Assembly (NCBI GenBank): GCA_963771175.1
Contig: CAVYSY010000051.1
Location: 1-64,000, forward strand
DNA length: 64,000 bases
From: an uncultured delta proteobacterium
GTDB lineage: Bacteria > Myxococcota > Myxococcia > Myxococcales > Myxococcaceae
Direction of reading: 5' to 3'
Shown one piece after another: positions 22,681 to 32,932 of this stretch (position 1 is its first letter; the number at the start of each line of letters is the position of its first letter). The notes under the pieces were generated by a model. That model saw only the letters and a program-made list of their open reading frames with translations. It ran no database searches and was not told the origin of the DNA. The translations under genes were made by a program, and so were the position numbers.

Positions 22681-23517
22681 ATGGACAGGAAGGGCTCCCG
22701 GAAGAAGGCTGCCGTGCAGGAAACGGACGTTCCTCGGCCGGAGGCGACTCCGGTGACCCCCGCGGCCCCGCCCCCGGCGGCCCGGGTGGAGCCTCCTCGC
22801 GCACCGGTCTCGCGGCCCGAGCCGCCCCGACGACCGGAGCCCCCGGCGGTCACCCGGGTCGAGCCCGCCCGGCGACCGGAGCCCGTTTCCCCCAGCTCGC
22901 GACCGAACCCCTTCGGCCGCTCGCCTCCCGTGGCTCCGGCCCCGAGGCCCGGGTTTCCCGGCCGTGCCCCGGCGTCGCCGTCACCTACCGCCCCTCGGAG
23001 CTTCTTCACCCCCATCATCGAGACCGGCAGCGCGGAGGAGTTGGAGCACCGGCACTTCCCGCGAGCGCAGCTCGCCACGAACTTCGAGCTGTGGATCGAC
23101 GAGGAGGGGGATCGGCGCTTCACGGCGACCCTGCGCTCGGGCAACGTGAGCGTGGGTGGGGCCTTCCTGGAGAGCACCTTCTTCCTCCCCATGGACACCG
23201 AGCTGCGGGTGCGCTTCTCGCTGGAGCCGGGCGCGGCCCCCGTGGAGGCTCGTGCCCGCATCGTGCGTGAGCAGCGTCCGCGCCGGGAGGACGATCCCTC
23301 CGGCTTCGGCATCCGCTTCGAGGAGTTCTACGGGCAGACGGAGGTGTCGCTGGCGCGCCTCTTCCTGGACATGCGGCTGCGCACCTTCGCCGAGGAGTAC
23401 CTGCTCTCCAACCGCGCCCGGGGCCTGCCCAACGAGCTGGAGCGGGTGGTGGACGCGCTCGCCGCGTGGGAGCTCCTCAAGGCCAACAACCCCACGGACA
23501 CGTGGCGGGGCGAGTGA
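22681..23517 (+). CDS. PilZ-domain protein with a Pro-rich N-terminus
   Basis: RHFPR (RxxxR) and NVSVGG (D/NxSxxG); GFGIRF; GGAGG SD upstream of 22681. Confidence 0.85.
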   Translation: MDRKGSRKKAAVQETDVPRPEATPVTPAAPPPAARVEPPRAPVSRPEPPRRPEPPAVTRVEPARRPEPVSPSSRPNPFGRSPPVAPAPRPGFPGRAPASPSPTAPRSFFTPIIETGSAEELEHRHFPRAQLATNFELWIDEEGDRRFTATLRSGNVSVGGAFLESTFFLPMDTELRVRFSLEPGAAPVEARARIVREQRPRREDDPSGFGIRFEEFYGQTEVSLARLFLDMRLRTFAEEYLLSNRARGLPNELERVVDALAAWELLKANNPTDTWRGE

Positions 23518-23573
23518 AACGGTCCGCCCGCGCGGAGCTCCTGGTGAGGGGGCTCCGCACGGACGGGTGAAGC

Positions 23574-23903
<330 letters not shown>

Positions 23904-24087
23904 GGTGTCTCCTCCGGCATGCAGGGTAAGCAAGGAGGCGCGTGCTCTAGTACGCGCTCGCCAGGCCTGCAAGGACCGGTTTCTGGTCCTTCGCTTGCTT
24001 AGATGCGGACGGGGCAGGAGCGTCGCAACCCGTTCATCAGGAGATGTCGCTTCGGCTCGGAGCGGGTGGGTGTAAGCTAGGGGGGTG

Positions 24088-24462
24088 ATGAGGCTCTTCC
24101 TTCCCCAGACCCAGCTCGAGGAGTGGGCACTGGAGGACAAAGCGGACGTCAAGGACGGCCAACTGGTGGTGACCGGTGAGCAGGGCGTGTACCCGGTCAC
24201 ACCCGCTGTGCACATTCTGCAGGTCGTCTCCGGGGAGGACTCCCAGGGGCTGGTGACCAAGGTGAAGACCGAGGATCAGCTCAAGACCCTGGGGGCCGAG
24301 CAGATGGCTGACTCGGTGCTGCTCGGGGAGACTGCATACGAGGTCGTCCCCGGTTATCTCGCCGAGGTCTCCATCTCACCCTCGGATGCCCCCTCGGAGG
24401 AGGGCACGCCGAGCTCGGAGACGGATCTCCTGGCTGCCTTCCTCCTGAACAAGATGGGCTGA
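24088..24462 (+). CDS. Conserved hypothetical protein
   Basis: MRLFLPQTQLEEW...SVLLGETAYEVVPGY; coding-like composition. Confidence 0.75.
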   Translation: MRLFLPQTQLEEWALEDKADVKDGQLVVTGEQGVYPVTPAVHILQVVSGEDSQGLVTKVKTEDQLKTLGAEQMADSVLLGETAYEVVPGYLAEVSISPSDAPSEEGTPSSETDLLAAFLLNKMG

Positions 24463-24491
24463 CGCACTCGGTCCAATAGGTTGTATCCGCC

Positions 24492-25301
24492 ATGAACCAC
24501 GCGCTGGTCTCCCTCGCCTGTCACGCCTATGTCGTCGCGGCGCTGGTCTACCTCGCCTACCTCGTCCGCCAGATGGACGCGCTCGCCACGGCTGGCCGGG
24601 TGTTGGTGGGCACGGGACTGGCCCTGCACGGCGTTGCCCTCTTCGGGCTCTTCGGGGCCCAGGGGGGGCGCCCGGTGGGCATGGCCCAGGGCTTCTCCAC
24701 CTTCGCCTTCCTCCTGCTGGCCATCTTCCTGGTGGTGGATGTGTGCTACCGCAAGCCGGTGATCGGCGCCTTCATCACCCCGCTGGCGGTGGCGGTGCTG
24801 CTGCCGGGCCTGTTGCTGGACGGCGGGCAGCCGCTCAACCCGGACATGACGCGGCCCCTGTTGCCCCTGCACATCACCATTGCCCTGCTGGGCGTGGCCG
24901 CCTCCGCGCTGGCCGCCGGGGTGGCGGTGATGTACCTGCTGATGGAGCGGCAGGTGAAGGGCAAGCGCTTCGGCCTGCTCTTCTCGCGCCTGCCCTCGCT
25001 GGAGTTCCTCGACACCCTCAACCGCCGGCTGGTGGTGGTGGGCTTCATCGCGCTGTCGGTGACGCTCGTCACCGGGGCGTTCTTCTCCAGCGCGGCGCCG
25101 GGCTTCTTCTGGGCCTGGCAGTCCAAGCAGATCGCCACGCTGGTGGCCTGGGCTGTCTTCGCCGGGCTCGTCAGCGCCCGCTTCTTCGGTGGGTGGCGGG
25201 GCCGGCGCGTCGCGCTATTGACCATGACGGGGTTCGGGTTGCTGCTGGTGTGCTTCCTCTCGTCGTATGACTTCATCCACATGGGCGGAGGTTGGCGCTA
25301 G
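24492..25301 (+). CDS. ccsA: Cytochrome c assembly protein (CcsA/HemX family)
   Basis: Multi-TM; LHI, RLPSLEFLD, GWRGRR; directly upstream of hemA. Confidence 0.85.
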   Translation: MNHALVSLACHAYVVAALVYLAYLVRQMDALATAGRVLVGTGLALHGVALFGLFGAQGGRPVGMAQGFSTFAFLLLAIFLVVDVCYRKPVIGAFITPLAVAVLLPGLLLDGGQPLNPDMTRPLLPLHITIALLGVAASALAAGVAVMYLLMERQVKGKRFGLLFSRLPSLEFLDTLNRRLVVVGFIALSVTLVTGAFFSSAAPGFFWAWQSKQIATLVAWAVFAGLVSARFFGGWRGRRVALLTMTGFGLLLVCFLSSYDFIHMGGGWR

Positions 25302-25303
25302 TC

Positions 25304-26614
25304 ATGGAGTTCCTGTGCATTGGCCTGTCGCACCGGACGGCGCCCCTCTCCGTGCGTGAGCGACTCGCGCTGCCCGAGCCCCGGCAGGTGGAGTTGCTGC
25401 AGCGGCTGGCCCGGTCGCCCAACGAGGCGTTGCTCGTGTCCACCTGCAACCGGGTGGAGCTGTACCTCGCCGCGCCGGACATGAACCGGATGCGGGAGAG
25501 CGCCCGCGAGGAGTTGCGGGAGCTCGGTGGGCCGGAGGCGCTCGAGCACCTCTATGAACACCAGGGCGAGGACGCGCTCGTCCATCTCTTCCGGGTGGCG
25601 GCCAGCCTGGACTCCATGGTGCTGGGCGAGGCGCAGATTCTCGGCCAGGTGAAGGAAGCCTTCGAGCGGAGTCAGGGCTCGGGCGCGGTGCGCGGGGAGC
25701 TCACGCGCGTGTGCGCCGCGGCCTTCGGCTGCGCCAAGCGGGTGCGGACGGAGACGGCCATCGGCCGGGCCGCCACCTCCATGGCCAGCGCGGCCGTGTC
25801 CCTGGCCACCAAGGTGTTCGACGGGTTGGGCGACAAGACGGTGCTGCTGGTGGGCGCGGGCGAGATGGCCGAGCTGGCCGCGCGCCACCTGAAGCAGGCC
25901 GGCGCGACCCGCATCCTCGTGGCCAACCGCACGCTGGCTCGCGCCGAGGCCCTCGCGGCCGAGGTGGGCGGCACCGCGCGTCCCTTCGAGGAGCTGTTCA
26001 CGCTGCTCGCCGCCGCGGACGTGGTGGTGTGCAGCACGGCCTCGCCGGTCCCCCTCTTCACCAAGGAGAACGTGGGCGCGGTGGCGAAGGCGCGCAAGCA
26101 CCGAACGCTCTTCATGGTGGACCTGGCCGTGCCTCGCGACATCGCCCCCGAGGTGGGGGAACTGGACGGGGTCCATGCCTATGACGTGGACGACATCCAG
26201 AGGTTCGTGGCGGAGAACGCCGCCGCCCGCGCCGAGGAGGCGCAGAAGGCGGGCGTGCTGGTGGCCCAGGAAGTGGCCCGCTTCGTTCGCGACCGGGCCG
26301 TGCGCAACGGCGTGCCCGTGCTGGCCCAGCTCCGCCAGCGTGCCGAGGCCATCGCCCGCGCCGAGGTGGAGCGCACCCTGGCGGGCCTCGGCGACGGCCT
26401 CACCGACAAGCAGCGCAAGAGCATCGAGGCCATGGGGCGCGCCATCGTCAACAAGCTGCTGCACGAGCCCACGGCGCGGCTTCGGGCCGTGGGCCCCGAG
26501 CACGAGGGCAACCGACTGGCAGGGGCTGCCGCCGAGCTCTTCGGGCTCGAGGACGTGTCCGCACACACCGAGATGGCCGGGCCCAACGTGGTGGCCAACG
26601 GAGGCAAGGGATGA
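25304..26614 (+). CDS. hemA: Glutamyl-tRNA reductase
   Basis: [52 protein letters not shown]. Confidence 0.97.
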   Translation: MEFLCIGLSHRTAPLSVRERLALPEPRQVELLQRLARSPNEALLVSTCNRVELYLAAPDMNRMRESAREELRELGGPEALEHLYEHQGEDALVHLFRVAASLDSMVLGEAQILGQVKEAFERSQGSGAVRGELTRVCAAAFGCAKRVRTETAIGRAATSMASAAVSLATKVFDGLGDKTVLLVGAGEMAELAARHLKQAGATRILVANRTLARAEALAAEVGGTARPFEELFTLLAAADVVVCSTASPVPLFTKENVGAVAKARKHRTLFMVDLAVPRDIAPEVGELDGVHAYDVDDIQRFVAENAAARAEEAQKAGVLVAQEVARFVRDRAVRNGVPVLAQLRQRAEAIARAEVERTLAGLGDGLTDKQRKSIEAMGRAIVNKLLHEPTARLRAVGPEHEGNRLAGAAAELFGLEDVSAHTEMAGPNVVANGGKG

Positions 26615-27552
26615 AGGCCGTACGTATCGCCACCCGGCAGAGCCCGCTGGCGCTCTGGCAGGCTCGTCACGTGGGCTCGCTGCTCACCCAGCAGCACCCG
26701 GGGCTGGAGGTCTCCTTCGTGGAGATGACCACCGCGGGAGATCGGTTCCTCTCCGCGCCCCTGTCCACCGTGGGCGGCAAGGGCCTGTTCGTGAAGGAGA
26801 TCGAACAGTCCCTGCTCGACGGCCGCGCGGACCTGGCCGTCCACAGTCTCAAGGACATGACGTCCGTGCTGCCTCCGGGCCTGTTGCTGGCGGCCGTGCC
26901 CCAGCGCGAGGACCCGCGCGACGCCTTCTGCAGCCCGGCCGGGCTCCTGCTGGACGCGCTGCCCCAGGGCTCCCGCGTGGGCACGTCCTCGCTGCGGCGG
27001 AGCTGCATCCTGCTCGCTCGGCGGCCGGACCTGGAGATCGTCAGCGTGCGCGGCAACGTGCAGACGCGCCTGGCGCGCACGCGTGAGCTGGGCCTCGCCG
27101 GCGCGGTGCTGGCCTGTGCGGGCCTCAAGCGGCTCGGTCTGGAGTTGGAGATCACCGAGGTTCTGCCCACCAGCGTCAGCCTGCCGGCGGTGGGGCAGGG
27201 GGTGCTCGCCATCCAGTGCCGCACCGAGGACACCGAGGTCCGCCGCCTGCTGGCGCCGCTGGAGGACCCGGCCACGCGCATCGCGGTGACGGCCGAGCGC
27301 GCCTTCATGGCCCGGCTGGAGGGTGGCTGCACTGTCCCGCTGGCCGGACATGCCACCGTGGAGGGTGACACCGTCCGCATTCGTGGACTGGTGGGGCGGC
27401 CGGATGGCACCAAGGTGGTGGAGGCCGAGCGCAGCGGCCCGGTGGAGACGGCCCATGCGCTGGGCGAGGCTCTCGCCGAGGAGCTGCTCGGACGCGGGGC
27501 GGCGGAGATCCTCCGCGATTTTGGCCGTCCGATGCCCGTGTCGGAGCCTTGA
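26611..27552 (+). CDS. hemC: Hydroxymethylbilane synthase
   Basis: [47 protein letters not shown]. Confidence 0.97.
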   Translation: MKAVRIATRQSPLALWQARHVGSLLTQQHPGLEVSFVEMTTAGDRFLSAPLSTVGGKGLFVKEIEQSLLDGRADLAVHSLKDMTSVLPPGLLLAAVPQREDPRDAFCSPAGLLLDALPQGSRVGTSSLRRSCILLARRPDLEIVSVRGNVQTRLARTRELGLAGAVLACAGLKRLGLELEITEVLPTSVSLPAVGQGVLAIQCRTEDTEVRRLLAPLEDPATRIAVTAERAFMARLEGGCTVPLAGHATVEGDTVRIRGLVGRPDGTKVVEAERSGPVETAHALGEALAEELLGRGAAEILRDFGRPMPVSEP

Positions 27553-27599
27553 AGGAGGCGGGCGGGTCGCGAGAGCGGCCCGCTGTCCGGCATCGTTGG

Positions 27600-28328
27600 T
27601 TACGATGCGGCCGGGGTGTAGGCGCCGCAGTCCTTCAACAAGCCCGCCCGGTCGAGCAGCGCACGCACCTCATCGGCCAGGGCGACGTGTGACGGATTGT
27701 CCACGGTGAAGCGCTCTGGTGTGAGGATGATGAGCGTGCCCTTGTCCTCCACCGGTTCGACTCGCACGGGGGAGGGCAGCGGGGGCACCTCTCCTCGGTG
27801 GCGCGAGAGGTACATGAGCCAGCCCATATAGGGGGGGCCGATGGGCTCATCTCGCATGTCCCGGTAGCTTTCGGAAATGACACCGCCCCAGTCTGGTTCC
27901 CAGGCCAGGACCAGGGCGCGCAGCACCTCGGTCAGCACGGGGGCGGTGAGGACGCGTTGCTCTTCTGGACCCGCATAGGGGAACTCAAGAATACAAGAAT
28001 TTGGTGGGGGCGTCACGGCAGAGCCACAGCTCAGCAGCACCGCGCCACCGTGCCCATTCTCCTTGTGTCCCGTCCAAGCACTGAAGCTGAACCCAAATGA
28101 GCCCTCGCTGTACTTCCTGCTTTTGAAGAAGCGCAGGAACGTTTCGTAGGTGGGCTCGAACTGGAGCTGGAGCGCCTTCTTGAGAGAGTTCGCCTGTTCG
28201 AACCAGTGGGCATAGATGGGGTCGCACTGGGCAAGAAGGCGGAAGAAGCGCTCCGCGCGCCGAGCACATTCTTCCGCTGACTCCTGGCGAGCTGGCCAAT
28301 AAACACCTGCGTAGAAGATCTCTTTCAT
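27600..28328 (-). CDS. Imm52-family immunity protein
   Basis: YAGVYWPARQESAEECARR...LVLAWEPDWG...GWLMYL...PVEDKGTLIILT; directly downstream of the toxin. Confidence 0.85.
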   Translation of the reverse strand: MKEIFYAGVYWPARQESAEECARRAERFFRLLAQCDPIYAHWFEQANSLKKALQLQFEPTYETFLRFFKSRKYSEGSFGFSFSAWTGHKENGHGGAVLLSCGSAVTPPPNSCILEFPYAGPEEQRVLTAPVLTEVLRALVLAWEPDWGGVISESYRDMRDEPIGPPYMGWLMYLSRHRGEVPPLPSPVRVEPVEDKGTLIILTPERFTVDNPSHVALADEVRALLDRAGLLKDCGAYTPAAS

Positions 28329-28343
28329 GGGCGTTCCGCAGGG

Positions 28344-30116
28344 CTACGGCGGCGTGTAGACCACGTCAATTCCCTTGATGCTGGCGTTCTTGAAGAGCTT
28401 TCTGAGTACATCCACCATCCTGGGTTCCGCTACGTGCCAGCGGATGGGGACACCATTGGCCACCCGCACCTGGCGCTGGGCTTGTCTGACGAGTCGCTGC
28501 GCGCCTTTGAAGTATCGTTTCGCCTTGAGGCCCTTGTCGAAATGCTTGTCGTAGCCTTGGCCTTTGGTTTCCAGCAGGGTGCCGTTGATGGGATCGCGGC
28601 CATCGAAGTCCGCCTTCTCGCCGTTGCGCAGCACGCGATACACCCAGCCAGCAGGGGCCTTCGTCACCTTGTGCTGGAACCTGCGTGACCGGTCGGACAT
28701 GTGCTCGTTCTTGGGCACCCACTGGCCGGGCCCACCCACGGGGGGCGTCCACGTGCCAGGCGGCGGCCTTCCCCCCGCGACGGCGACAGCGCCCGTGGTG
28801 GCCATGTGCAGCACGTAGGTTGTGTGGAGCGCCTGGCCCGCCACGGCCACCGCGCGCCCGGGGAGCGCAACCAACCGCAGCGCCAGCGCGCCCTCTCCCG
28901 TGAGCGAGAAGACAGGCACCGCAACGTGGCCCAACGTGCCACCCCACGAGGCAGCCTTCGCTCCCGCCCCCGCGCCCCCGGTGCCCACCATCAGCAACAC
29001 ATGGGTGGTGAGGCGTGAGAGGGTGCGTACCTGCTCGCCAGAGGGCTTGCGCTGGAAGGACTCCCAATACTCGGGCGCGTTCTGGACGAGCTCGCGCACC
29101 GCGCCCGGTAGCCGGGTGAGTCCCTCCAGCGTTTCGCCCGGGTGGAAGACGAGCCGGTAGAGGCCCTCCACCGTGTCCACCAGCGCCAGCCCCGCTCCCT
29201 CCAGCGCCGGCAGCACCACGCCGTCATCCGGCACGTAGGGGCCCAGGGGCAAAGCTCCTCGCGGCACCTCCATCCCCTCGTCCACCGGCCACAGGCGCCC
29301 AGCTTCCACTGCGTAGAAGGGGCCCACCTCGAAGCGGCCGGCGCGCAAGGTGCCGTCCTCCGCCACCCCCACCTCGCCCATCTTCTGCTTCGCTTCGCCC
29401 GTCACGGCCAGCACCAGGTAGCCGTCCGGCCGCAGCACCCGCAGCCGGTGGAAGCGATCCATCCGCGCGTGCAACTCCTCGCGCGTCACCCTCTGCCCGC
29501 TCGTGGCCACCTCCAGGAGCAGGTGGGCCGCCATGCGGCGCTGGGCGAAGTTGCCCAGCGTCGTCTCCGTGGACAGCAGGTGCGGCAGCAGTTGGAGCGC
29601 CTGCTCGGGAGAGAGTGTGCGCCCGTCCACCGGTAGTGCGTCGGCGGGCACGCCCACGTGCACGAGGAATCCCTGGAAGTAGTCCAGGCTCATCGGCACG
29701 GGGCGGGGGCGGCCGTTGCCCACGCCATCCGGCCAGCCCACTCCACCCTCGCCCCAGTCACCCAGCGGCTCGTCCCCTCCGGCCGCCGGGAGGCGCGCTC
29801 GCGCGTGGGACGGGGCCTCGGGGTCGTCCGCTACCTCTCCCGGGTTGCGTTCCTCTTCGTCGAAGTCTTCCTCCTCGTCATCGTCCTCGTCAGGGGGAGC
29901 CGAGACTTCTGGCTCGAAGATCGGGCTCGTACTTGCCACGGCCGGCCGGGCCTTCACATTCAGGAAGGGCGTGGGCGTCAGGGCACGAGAGCGCAGGCCC
30001 GACAGCAGCGCGTCGCGGGGGGCTCGGGTGGCACATCCGGCCAGCGCCAACAGGACCAGTGCGATGACGGGCCCGCTCCCTGCACGTCGACAAGGGACAG
30101 GGGAATGCATGGGCAT
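28344..30116 (-). CDS. Lipoprotein polymorphic toxin with a C-terminal Tox-REase-5 nuclease (SitA-like)
   Basis: Lipobox LAGC; C-terminal GPGQW...MS...FDG...LLETKG.GY...AQRQ...IRWHVAE. Confidence 0.85.
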   Translation of the reverse strand: MPMHSPVPCRRAGSGPVIALVLLALAGCATRAPRDALLSGLRSRALTPTPFLNVKARPAVASTSPIFEPEVSAPPDEDDDEEEDFDEEERNPGEVADDPEAPSHARARLPAAGGDEPLGDWGEGGVGWPDGVGNGRPRPVPMSLDYFQGFLVHVGVPADALPVDGRTLSPEQALQLLPHLLSTETTLGNFAQRRMAAHLLLEVATSGQRVTREELHARMDRFHRLRVLRPDGYLVLAVTGEAKQKMGEVGVAEDGTLRAGRFEVGPFYAVEAGRLWPVDEGMEVPRGALPLGPYVPDDGVVLPALEGAGLALVDTVEGLYRLVFHPGETLEGLTRLPGAVRELVQNAPEYWESFQRKPSGEQVRTLSRLTTHVLLMVGTGGAGAGAKAASWGGTLGHVAVPVFSLTGEGALALRLVALPGRAVAVAGQALHTTYVLHMATTGAVAVAGGRPPPGTWTPPVGGPGQWVPKNEHMSDRSRRFQHKVTKAPAGWVYRVLRNGEKADFDGRDPINGTLLETKGQGYDKHFDKGLKAKRYFKGAQRLVRQAQRQVRVANGVPIRWHVAEPRMVDVLRKLFKNASIKGIDVVYTPP

Positions 30117-30319
30117 GGTGGGCCTCTGAGCCCAGTATTCCAGGCTTCATCTGCTCAGGCCGTATTTCCTGGCGGCGCGGTATCCAGCGGCTCGGAGGCG
30201 GAGCCGCGGAATCGAGAGCGCCCGACATTCGCGGTCAGACTCCCGGGCCTCATTCAACGGGTAGTATCGGCGAAGGTTGTCGGCGGACTTCGTCGAGCGG
30301 CCTGCTACAGTGCCGGCCC

Positions 30320-31081
30320 GTGGAAAAGCGACTTGAAGGCATCCGCGTCCTGGTGACGCGTCCCCGTGAACGGTCGGAGGAGCTGTGCTTCCTCCTGGAG
30401 GATGAGGGCGCGGAGGTGGTGCACGTGCCCCTGCTGGAGCTGCGGCCTCCGGAGGATCCCCGGCCTCTGATGGCGGCCGCGGAGTCCATTCAACGCTACA
30501 AGTGGGTGGTGTTCGCCAGCCCCTCGGCGGTGGATTCGCTGATGGAGGCGCTGCGCGAGGCCGGCACGATGGAGGGGCTGTCGCGGGTGCGCATCGCCGC
30601 GGTGGGGCCGCGCACCGCGCGCACCGTGGAGGGCTATGGACTGAAGGTGGCCGCCGAGCCGCCCGAGGGCACCGGCGCGGCGCTCTACGAGGCCATGCGG
30701 AGCGCCCTGGAGGTGGAGGACGAGGTGCTGCTGCCCGCCGCGGAGGAGGGGCGCCGCGAGCTGGAGGACGCGCTGCGCGAGCACGGCGCGCGAGTCACCC
30801 GCGTGACGGCGTACCGCTCCCAGCCGGCGCCGCTGTCCCCCGAGGCCCAGGCCCTGCTGGAGTCCTCTCCGCCGCATGTGGCCCTCTTCGCCTCGCCGCG
30901 CACCGCGGAGTCATTCCTGGAGGCGGCGGGGCGCGAGCGGCTCGGCTCGGCGCGGCTGGTGGCCATTGGCCCCACGACGGCGGCGGCGCTGTCCCAACTG
31001 GGGCTTCCGGTGGCCGCGGTGGCCGAGCGTCCCACTCCCGAGGCGCTGGTCGAGGCCACCATCCGGGCGATTCGCGGATAG
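30320..31081 (+). CDS. hemD: Uroporphyrinogen-III synthase
   Basis: RVLVTRP, WVVFASPSAV, AAVGPRTA, FASP, AIGPTTA. Confidence 0.92.
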   Translation: MEKRLEGIRVLVTRPRERSEELCFLLEDEGAEVVHVPLLELRPPEDPRPLMAAAESIQRYKWVVFASPSAVDSLMEALREAGTMEGLSRVRIAAVGPRTARTVEGYGLKVAAEPPEGTGAALYEAMRSALEVEDEVLLPAAEEGRRELEDALREHGARVTRVTAYRSQPAPLSPEAQALLESSPPHVALFASPRTAESFLEAAGRERLGSARLVAIGPTTAAALSQLGLPVAAVAERPTPEALVEATIRAIRG

Positions 31082-31153
31082 ACTGTCGGCCACTGAATGC
31101 CGGGGGGCCAGGGCTGGTGCCCGCGTCACCTTCCCGGAAGAGGAGTCCTCACG

Positions 31154-32932
31154 ATGAGGCGTGGTCTCTCGCATGGCCTGATGCTGCTGGGCACCCTGGT
31201 CTGGAGCAGCCTGGCCCTGGCCAGCAGCTACCCGGTTTTCGACTATCGCATGCTGCACTCGCAGCAGTTCCCGTTCCGCTACTACGTGGACAACCGGCAG
31301 ATGCCCCCGGGCATCTCCCTGTCCCAGGTGCAGGGAGCTGTCGACGGCGCCTTCCAGGCCTGGGCGGGCGTGGCCTGCTCGCACCCCGCCTTCAGTTCCG
31401 GGGGCCTCACGTCCTCCGTCTCCATCTCGAACGTGAATGACGTGCGGGACCGCTACAATGTCGCTCCCGTGTTCGTCACGGACAGGAACGATCCCGCCTA
31501 CAGCGCCTACCTCGGGTCCGGCAACTCGGCCATGGTCGCCGTTCCGCTCCACTTCTCCGGATACCTCTACCAGTGCGACATCTTCGTCAACGCCACTGGG
31601 GACTTCCCGTGGTCCACGGCCACGCCGACGCAGCCGGGCTATCTGGACCTCCAGACGTTCCTGATGAAGCAGATCGGGCACTGCATGGGCCTGGCCCACG
31701 TGGTCGATCCCACCGACGCGGTGATGTACTACGACGTGGGCTACGGCTCGATGCGGCGCACGCTCACCCAGCACGACGCGGAGCACTTGTGCGCCCACTA
31801 TCCCCAGACCGGACAGCAGGGCGGACCCTGCACGGCCGGGGGCTCCTGCGATGCGGGGCTCACCTGCGTGTCGGGCGCCGAGTCCAATGGCCTGCCGGGC
31901 TATCGGATCTGCACCAATGGTTGCACGAACACCACGCCCGGTGAGTGTCCGAGCCCGCTGGCGTGCAAGCCGTCCACGGCGGTGGCGGGCTCTACCTACG
32001 CCTGTCTTCCGAACATGGGGGATTATGTCACGCGGGTGGGTGCGGCCTGTGCGTCCGGCCCCCAGTGCAACTCCCCGTGGGGCGTCTGCCTGCAGCCGGT
32101 GTCGCTGCCCACGACGACGGCCTGGGCGGACGGCTACTGCACGCAGGGGTGCGACACCGGGGGCCTGACGTGTCCCTCGGGCTCGTCCTGTGTCGGCATG
32201 GAGACCGGCAAGGCCTGCCTCAAGAACTGCTCTCCCGGGACGAGTGGAACCTGCCGTCCGGGCTACGTCTGTCTGGCCCGGGGCGGCGGGGTGAACGTTT
32301 GTGTCTCGGCCTGCAATGGCGATTCGGACTGCGGCAACGGCTACGCCTGCCGCATCTGCGACAACACGTGCGTGCCCCAGCAGAAGCCCGGGGTGACCAT
32401 CGGCGAGCCCTGCGACAAAGACGCGGAGTGCGGCACCTACCAGAAGTGCCTGCACCCCAACGGCCACCCGCAGGGCATCTGCTCCCTGCCCTGTGGCTAC
32501 AACACCTGCTCCTGCCCGGATGGCTCCTCGTGCCAGCCGGTGGGCCCCAACGGCTCGTCCATGTGCGTGAGAAGCTGCTTCTCGACCACCTGCGCCTCGG
32601 GGCTGCAGTGCGCGCCCTTCGCCGAAGGCGCCACCGGTTGCATGCCTCCCTGCCGCACCAGCGCGGACTGCCAGACCGGTTCCACCTGCGACACGGGCCG
32701 GTGCGTGCCGAGCACCTTGCCGGGCGGTAGCTGCCCCCTCTGCCCGAGCCCTGGCTCTTCGGACGCGGGCACCCTCCCGGTCCCCCCGACGCCGGATGCC
32801 GGGACGGGCTCAGGCGGGACGGCCGGCCCCGGGTGCGGCTGCCAGGGCTCCGCCGTGAACGCGCCGGGATTCCTGGGCGCCCTTGCTTTGTTCCTCGTGG
32901 CCGCCAGGAGACGCCGTTGCCAGCGCCCGTGA
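31154..32932 (+). CDS. Matrixin-like, Cys-rich surface protein with a MYXO-CTERM-like tail; zinc motif altered
   Basis: Signal peptide; KQIGHCMGLAH + AVMY; many Cys repeats; GCGC...hydrophobic...RRRR end. Confidence 0.8.
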   Translation: MRRGLSHGLMLLGTLVWSSLALASSYPVFDYRMLHSQQFPFRYYVDNRQMPPGISLSQVQGAVDGAFQAWAGVACSHPAFSSGGLTSSVSISNVNDVRDRYNVAPVFVTDRNDPAYSAYLGSGNSAMVAVPLHFSGYLYQCDIFVNATGDFPWSTATPTQPGYLDLQTFLMKQIGHCMGLAHVVDPTDAVMYYDVGYGSMRRTLTQHDAEHLCAHYPQTGQQGGPCTAGGSCDAGLTCVSGAESNGLPGYRICTNGCTNTTPGECPSPLACKPSTAVAGSTYACLPNMGDYVTRVGAACASGPQCNSPWGVCLQPVSLPTTTAWADGYCTQGCDTGGLTCPSGSSCVGMETGKACLKNCSPGTSGTCRPGYVCLARGGGVNVCVSACNGDSDCGNGYACRICDNTCVPQQKPGVTIGEPCDKDAECGTYQKCLHPNGHPQGICSLPCGYNTCSCPDGSSCQPVGPNGSSMCVRSCFSTTCASGLQCAPFAEGATGCMPPCRTSADCQTGSTCDTGRCVPSTLPGGSCPLCPSPGSSDAGTLPVPPTPDAGTGSGGTAGPGCGCQGSAVNAPGFLGALALFLVAARRRRCQRP

